The notes below the pieces were generated by a model that was given only the letters and a program-made list of their open reading frames with translations, was not told the origin of the DNA and made no database searches. Shown one piece after another: positions 58,667-64,000 of a stretch of DNA of 64,000 nucleotides. Each line of letters begins with the position of its first letter. The stretch's first letter is position 1. This stretch comes from Vampirovibrionaceae bacterium NZW_1234. Lineage in GTDB: Bacteria; Cyanobacteriota; Vampirovibrionia; Vampirovibrionales; JAGQHJ01. The stretch is taken from contig JBGUGD010000039.1 of the NCBI GenBank assembly GCA_041697335.1, positions 32,001 to 96,000 of the forward strand, written 5' to 3'. Made by a program: the position numbers and the translations under genes.

Positions 58667-58732
58667 TTTAGAGGACGTCTAATTGCATTGTAAATGGTAT
58701 AACAGTAAACAAACCCCACTGGATCTTGAGGC

Positions 58733-59635
58733 ATGGCTTCCCCAAATATCCTCGAAGAAATACTGTCCAATTTAAACCACTTGCCAGAGCTGCCTGCGGT
58801 TGCCTTGCAAGTGTATCGTCTTATGGAAGATCCTCAGACCAGTGCCCGTGACTTGGCCAAGGTCATCATGATCGACCCAGGCCTCACAACAAAAGTTCTA
58901 CGACTGTGTAACTCTGCTGAATACGGTATCCCTCGAAAAATTGCGACCATCAGTGAAGCTGTATCCATTTTGGGATACAAAGAAATCAAGCGTATTGTCT
59001 TCGTCATTATTTCTCACAGCTTCCTCAACCGACCTGTACGAGGATATGCCCTGGAAAAAGGAGAGCTTTGGGATAACGCACTGACCTGTGCCTCCTATGC
59101 TCAGCACATTGCTCGCAAAGTTCATTTTATGGACGGTGAATTGGCCTTTATTGCAGCGCTGCTTCGCGATGTCGGCAAAGTCGCTTTGGAAAGTTATATG
59201 GTGGGGCAAAGCGAACTGCTGGAAGACAACGCTCGAAAAAACAAAATTTCTTTTGCCGAAGCCGAGGAAAATGTCCTGGGTGTCAGCCATACCGAAGTCG
59301 GATCACAGTTGGCTAGCCGATGGAACTTACCTGACTCTCTGGTGACCGCCATTGCCTACCATCATACGCCTTCAAAAATGCCTGCCTCACTCAGCCCTCA
59401 AGATGTTAAGTTAACCTGTATCGTGCATCTCGCTGACGTCTTTACCATGATGACCGGTAAAGGTGTTGGCGTAGACGGATTAATGTACCCACTCGACCCA
59501 AAAGTCTTTGAAGTGCTCCCTCTGGAACCAGACTCCATGGAACTGGAAGTGCTTTATGCAGAATTGCTGAAACTGCAAGAGAAAATCAATGAAATTACTA
59601 CCTCCTTTGATGGCGTAGGGGAGGTTATTCCGTGA
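58733..59635 (+). CDS. HDOD domain protein
   Basis: LPELP, DPGLT.KVLRLCNSA.YG, AVSILG, ALLRDVGK, WNLP...AI.YHH.P. Confidence 0.92.
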   Translation: MASPNILEEILSNLNHLPELPAVALQVYRLMEDPQTSARDLAKVIMIDPGLTTKVLRLCNSAEYGIPRKIATISEAVSILGYKEIKRIVFVIISHSFLNRPVRGYALEKGELWDNALTCASYAQHIARKVHFMDGELAFIAALLRDVGKVALESYMVGQSELLEDNARKNKISFAEAEENVLGVSHTEVGSQLASRWNLPDSLVTAIAYHHTPSKMPASLSPQDVKLTCIVHLADVFTMMTGKGVGVDGLMYPLDPKVFEVLPLEPDSMELEVLYAELLKLQEKINEITTSFDGVGEVIP

Positions 59636-60138
59636 ATGTTCAAACCACCCGAGAGACGCTGGTCTCGGTCGGCCAGATTTATATCACCAAATACGCCAAG
59701 GAAATTGTCAAAGCCACCCGGGTTGCAACTGGCATTGTGGTAGTGGTGTACGATACCGAAGCCAAAATGGGTGGAATGGCCCATATGGCACTACCGGATA
59801 GCAAAATGTCTTACACCACGGGTGATGCTCCGGAAAAATATGTCGATCTGGCTATCCCGTTGTTTATCAAAGAACTCACCGAAAAAGGACTCATCAAAAA
59901 CGCAGCCCACTTTAAGATCATTGGGGGCTCTCAATTGTTTAATTTTGGTGGGGGCAGCGGCAATATCTTAAACATTGGAACTCGAAATGCCATTACCGCT
60001 CGCACGATGCTGACACGAGAAGGTATTCAGGTTGAAAAAACAGAAACCGGGGGCAACAAGCCTAGAACCGTAATCTTAGATATGACCTGCGGACAGATCA
60101 AAGTCTTCCATCCCGGCGAAACCCCACGAATTATCTAG
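59632..60138 (+). CDS. cheD: CheD-like protein lacking the catalytic Cys
   Basis: GGMAHMALP, PEKYVD.AI, KIIGGSQLF, NIGTRN, TGG...R; the LGSC motif reads VATG. Confidence 0.82.
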   Translation: MNVQTTRETLVSVGQIYITKYAKEIVKATRVATGIVVVVYDTEAKMGGMAHMALPDSKMSYTTGDAPEKYVDLAIPLFIKELTEKGLIKNAAHFKIIGGSQLFNFGGGSGNILNIGTRNAITARTMLTREGIQVEKTETGGNKPRTVILDMTCGQIKVFHPGETPRII

Positions 60139-60153
60139 CAAGGAAGCCAGACC

Positions 60154-61041
60154 ATGATCCACGAAACACAAATTGACGACATGATCAACACAATGGAAAC
60201 ACGCCATGAGCTTCCTCTTGTTGCCATAGAAGTTAACAAGATGCTTGATAACCCGGACGTAGAGGTTCACGAGCTGGCCAATGTCATTATGATGGATCCC
60301 TCCTTGACGATGAAGATCCTGAAACTCTGTAACTCTGCTCAATATGGGTTTTCCCGGCAAATTGCAACACTGAGCGAAGCCGTATCGATTTTAGGATATC
60401 AAACCCTCAAGCGTGTTATCTTTACCATCATTTCTCATGGGTGTCTCGATAGAGCCGTTCTGGGATATGCGCTAGAGCGGGGCGACCTCTGGGAAAACGC
60501 CATTACCTGTGCAGTGTACGCTCGAAATATCGCCCAACGACTGGAATTTAAAGATCCAGAATTAGCCTTTGTGGGTGCCTTGATACGAGATATTGGAAAA
60601 ATTGCGTTGGAAGAGCACATTGACGGCAAAGGACAAGACTTGGCCGAAACAGCCCTACAACAAAAGTCGTCCTTTAGCGACGCCGAGGAAACCATTGCAG
60701 GGGTGAGCCATACCATAGTAGGTCTCCATATCGCCCAGCGCTGGAAGCTTCCGGACTCACTTTGCCATGTCATCCGTTATCATCATCAGCCTTCGAAGTT
60801 GCCGGCAGACATCTCTCAAGACGATGCCCAACTGGTCACTATCGTTCACCTGGCAGATACCTACACAATGATGACAGGCTCAGGTCTTGGCATTGACGGG
60901 CTTATGTACCCTTTAGATTTGGAGGCGCTGAAGTTTATCAATTTAACACCAGAAAACGCCGTTTTAGAGCCGATTTACTGCGACTTACTAAAACTAAAAG
61001 AAGAAATCCATACCTTGATGTCGACGTTTTTAAACGGTTAA
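60154..61041 (+). CDS. HDOD domain protein (paralog)
   Basis: DPSLT.KILKLCNSAQYG, ALIRDIGK, WKLP...HH.P; similar to 58733-59635. Confidence 0.92.
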   Translation: MIHETQIDDMINTMETRHELPLVAIEVNKMLDNPDVEVHELANVIMMDPSLTMKILKLCNSAQYGFSRQIATLSEAVSILGYQTLKRVIFTIISHGCLDRAVLGYALERGDLWENAITCAVYARNIAQRLEFKDPELAFVGALIRDIGKIALEEHIDGKGQDLAETALQQKSSFSDAEETIAGVSHTIVGLHIAQRWKLPDSLCHVIRYHHQPSKLPADISQDDAQLVTIVHLADTYTMMTGSGLGIDGLMYPLDLEALKFINLTPENAVLEPIYCDLLKLKEEIHTLMSTFLNG

Positions 61042-61062
61042 AACGTCACTCTGGCAGAAAAA

Positions 61063-61416
61063 TTATGCGGTTGCCTGCTCCGCTGCGGACATACACCGTT
61101 TCAACATTTGCAGATACAGGCGCTGCTCACCGTTCATCACAAAATCCGCAAACGTGGCAATGGGATTTTCTTGGCGCTGCTCTTCTTCATCATCCAACAG
61201 ATAAGACCATTGCTCTAAAACATCGGCCTGAAGCCAGTCATCAAAATGCTCTTCCTCAACACCCATCGCCAAGGCAGACACTTTGGCAGAACTCAGCATC
61301 ATGGCCGTCTTTTCCAGCATGACCCGATCATCATCCGTCATTTCAACTTCTTCTATTGTTTCAAACCAATCGGTTAACATGTCCGTTAACTCAGAAACAT
61401 ACAATGCATCGCTCAT
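61063..61416 (-). CDS. Acidic hypothetical protein
   Basis: 117-aa ORF, no recognised motif. Confidence 0.6.
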   Translation of the reverse strand: MSDALYVSELTDMLTDWFETIEEVEMTDDDRVMLEKTAMMLSSAKVSALAMGVEEEHFDDWLQADVLEQWSYLLDDEEEQRQENPIATFADFVMNGEQRLYLQMLKRCMSAAEQATA

Positions 61417-61651
61417 TGAAAAACTCTTTCAAACTATCCACAACATCATCAACCAAGTCGCAAGAGGCGGCTTTGATTCCATCATAGTGGACTCTGCCAA
61501 TAGGGCAAGCCCCTGCTGACTCCAGAAGCACTCTGAACATGCCCGAAAATTAATTTCCGCGCCAAGCCCCCCCTTAAATTCTGATGCCCACCCAACCTCC
61601 CTAGGTTAAAATACAGATATTGCCCATAACACATACTAGAGAGGTTGTTCA

Positions 61652-61801
61652 ATGAATCCCACATCCCGCCCAACCAATTGCTACTGTCCTCAGTGTCATC
61701 AACACCCTCAGACTCCGCCCATCGAAGTGCGGGGTCATCTGGAGTGCCCTATCTGTCATTGGGTGGTTGAAACCTGTTGTGAAGGAGGCCCCCAGAATTA
61801 A
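61652..61801 (+). CDS. Small Cys-rich (zinc-ribbon-like) protein, 49 aa
   Basis: SD AGAGG; MNPTSRPTNCYCPQCHQHPQTPPIEVRGHLECPICHWVVETCCEGGPQN. Confidence 0.75.
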   Translation: MNPTSRPTNCYCPQCHQHPQTPPIEVRGHLECPICHWVVETCCEGGPQN

Positions 61802-61836
61802 TCCCAAGCTTTCAGGCGAATTGAGGGGGTAAATAA

Positions 61837-62544
61837 ATGACGACATACCGAACTGGGCAGCCTAATGACCAAAAAGCCGAACAATTAAGGCTTAAGATGG
61901 TCTGTGACCAACTCGAAAAACGAGATATTCACGACATAAACGTTTTAAACGCCATGCGCAAGGTTCCTCGCCACTTATTTGGCAAATTTACAACACTTGA
62001 AGAGGCCTATGGGGATTTTCCCTATCATATTGATTGTCAACAAACGATCTCTCAGCCCTATATGGTTGCCTTCATGACCCAAGCCCTCGAGATTGAACCC
62101 TTTCACAAGGTGCTCGAAATCGGCACCGGTTCAGGCTATCAAACCGCCATTCTCTGCGAACTATCCAGCAAGATCTACAGTATTGAACGTCATGCAGCAT
62201 TATCACAACAAGCCCAAAGTCAATTAGAATCACTTGGGTACCATCCTAGAAAGCTCATCATCGGTGATGGTTCCCAAGGCCTCTCACAAGACAGCCCTTT
62301 TGATCGCATTCTGGTAACAGCCGCCTGCGACGTCTACCCGCAAAATCTGATTCAGCAGTTAAATCCTGATGGCGGTATCATCATTTTCCCCATAGATACT
62401 GGAAAAGCCTATCAGCGCTTACTTAAAGTCATCCGACATAGCCTAGACCAAACCGAGGAAATCGACTTAGGCGAAGTGCGTTTCGTCCCTCTCATCCGAG
62501 CAGAAGCACAAGCGAATTCTCAAAACGCCAATCCATCGGATTAG
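61837..62544 (+). CDS. pcm: Protein-L-isoaspartate O-methyltransferase
   Basis: VPRHLF, QTISQPYMVA, VLEIGTGSGYQTA, PFDRILVTAA, VRFVPL. Confidence 0.96.
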   Translation: MTTYRTGQPNDQKAEQLRLKMVCDQLEKRDIHDINVLNAMRKVPRHLFGKFTTLEEAYGDFPYHIDCQQTISQPYMVAFMTQALEIEPFHKVLEIGTGSGYQTAILCELSSKIYSIERHAALSQQAQSQLESLGYHPRKLIIGDGSQGLSQDSPFDRILVTAACDVYPQNLIQQLNPDGGIIIFPIDTGKAYQRLLKVIRHSLDQTEEIDLGEVRFVPLIRAEAQANSQNANPSD

Positions 62545-63746
62545 TGTCGGCTAATACCGCCAGAACGCCCCATATAGACGTTATAGTCGAAGGTAAATTC
62601 AACGCTAATGCTGTTGTTGCGATATTCCGGAGGTAAAGGCCGAAACGGAGCAGAGCGTTCCACAGCAGCTCGAGCGGCAGCATCGGCATTGGCAAACCCG
62701 GAGGAGCGTTTCACATTCACACTTAAAAGACGTCCATCGCGAGAAATACTAAACAGCAGAACCACACTTTTATCTTCCCGATCATCGGGTGGAGTCCAGT
62801 TGCGACGAATGCGACGCTGAAGCTCCGCAAGATAGGGACCGAAATCCGGCTCCGCAATGGCATCGACCCCGGGTCGGCCACCGCCGCCACCAGGGCTCCC
62901 GTACTGAGAATAAGGACTACGACCACCTTGGCCCGATGAGCCTGCAGAAGAAGGTCGGCCACCCCCGGAAAACTGCCCAGGAACGGTTGCCGGGGAGCTG
63001 GCACCGCCACCACCGGAACCAGAACCAGCCGTGCCACTTCCGCTGGCAGGTCCTCTTACGAGGGGTCCGGTTGTCGTGACCGGCCCAGCCGACTCGGGAA
63101 CTTGGATTGGCGCGACAGGATTAGGCACAGCAGAAATGCGTTGGCGATCCGTGGTAGGCCGAGGAGCTGTTACCCTGGGCCGAGGAGGAGCCGGGGGCGT
63201 ATTATCGGGTTGCTGAGAAGGCTGTTGTGCTACCGGCTTAGCTTGTTGCTGGGGACGTTGAGGCTGAGGCGTCTGGTTTGGAGCAGAACGAGACCGAGGT
63301 GTCGGCGTCGCTGAAACACTGGGTTGAGGACGCTGACGAGGTTGAGGGTTACCTGCCTGTCGCTGGGTTTGGGCCTCACGCATATTGGGTATTTTTTCTC
63401 CCCCTGCACGGGTATTGTGTTCCGCCCGATTTCGAGTCTTCGGGTTACGGGGGGCCTCTTCAGGTGCATTCACCAATTGAAACTCAATATCCTGAACCGG
63501 CTGAGGCCGATCAAAGGTGAGCAAGTGAATGCCGAAAAACTCCAAGAGAATCAAGAACAACCAGATTAACAAGATGCTACCGATGTGAACACCGGCGGAA
63601 ATCAGCAAGCTGCGCGTCATGCCAATATCATTATCTTGGTAAGTCAGCACCATAGCCGGAACATCGCCCACTGTCGCAGGCTGAAACGGCTTCGGCTCGG
63701 GGGTAAATGAATTCGGTGCGTTACTCACCACGAGGTTGTCTCTCAT
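62541..63746 (-). CDS. TonB/TolA family energy-transducer-like protein
   Basis: N-terminal TM with S...H motif, Pro-rich linker, C-terminal FGPY..LQRRI.RNW.PP...SSG...D.AA..AV...APF.PLP. Confidence 0.85.
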   Translation of the reverse strand: MRDNLVVSNAPNSFTPEPKPFQPATVGDVPAMVLTYQDNDIGMTRSLLISAGVHIGSILLIWLFLILLEFFGIHLLTFDRPQPVQDIEFQLVNAPEEAPRNPKTRNRAEHNTRAGGEKIPNMREAQTQRQAGNPQPRQRPQPSVSATPTPRSRSAPNQTPQPQRPQQQAKPVAQQPSQQPDNTPPAPPRPRVTAPRPTTDRQRISAVPNPVAPIQVPESAGPVTTTGPLVRGPASGSGTAGSGSGGGGASSPATVPGQFSGGGRPSSAGSSGQGGRSPYSQYGSPGGGGGRPGVDAIAEPDFGPYLAELQRRIRRNWTPPDDREDKSVVLLFSISRDGRLLSVNVKRSSGFANADAAARAAVERSAPFRPLPPEYRNNSISVEFTFDYNVYMGRSGGISRH

Positions 63747-63796
63747 CTTGACTTCCTTTACTATTTTAGGACGAAACGCAGGAAAACTTTAGTCCT

Positions 63797-64000
63797 ATGA
63801 AAAATGTAACGGTTATCCGTGCTTACCGGGGTGGCATTTGTGAAAACATTCATATCGCCTCAACCGCTGTTTGCTCAGAGACGGGAACGGTTTGCCAAAT
63901 GTTCCCAGACTTGGAAGAGAGCCATGTATTCCTGCGTTCTGCGGCCAAGCCATTCCAAGCCTTACCGTTATATCAAAACCCTCAATCAAAAGACATTCCC
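63797..64000 (+). CDS. L-asparaginase II family protein, 5' part only
   Basis: Manual translation MKNVTVIRAYRGGICENIH...FLRSAAKPFQALP; runs off the window. Confidence 0.8.
   Translation, partial: MKNVTVIRAYRGGICENIHIASTAVCSETGTVCQMFPDLEESHVFLRSAAKPFQALPLYQNPQSKDIP

Overview
A 64-kb bacterial chromosomal window, mostly housekeeping genes. It is most consistent with a non-photosynthetic cyanobacterial relative (Vampirovibrionia/Melainabacteria). This is an inference from cyanobacteria-like FtsZ and long NusB, a GFTLAELLI-type pilin, chemotaxis-related genes and no photosynthesis genes in the window. Core genes include trpS, dnaB, a class A PBP, glyS, tRNA-Leu(GAG), ffh, ftsY, nusB, mtnA, ftsZ and pcm, plus scattered exopolysaccharide genes. 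No CRISPR array, integrase, transposase or prophage was seen. The best candidate system is a DUF692 (MNIO) RiPP cluster at 37446-39866: a signal-peptide precursor with 12 Cys in two repeat classes (KCG and KKCAA), the MNIO, a DUF2063-like partner, an internal hairpin and a CsoR/RcnR-like operator. Other leads: several unrelated proteins share a non-Sec N-terminal leader ending in an (R)FG-like motif, including a coupled PLD + DEDDh pair; two candidate anti-Shine-Dalgarno ncRNAs; three small ORFs missed by the ORF track; an HDOD-CheD-HDOD operon lacking canonical catalytic residues; and a large Pro-rich GDPH/VWD-like protein. All family assignments come from motif recognition by eye, not database searches.
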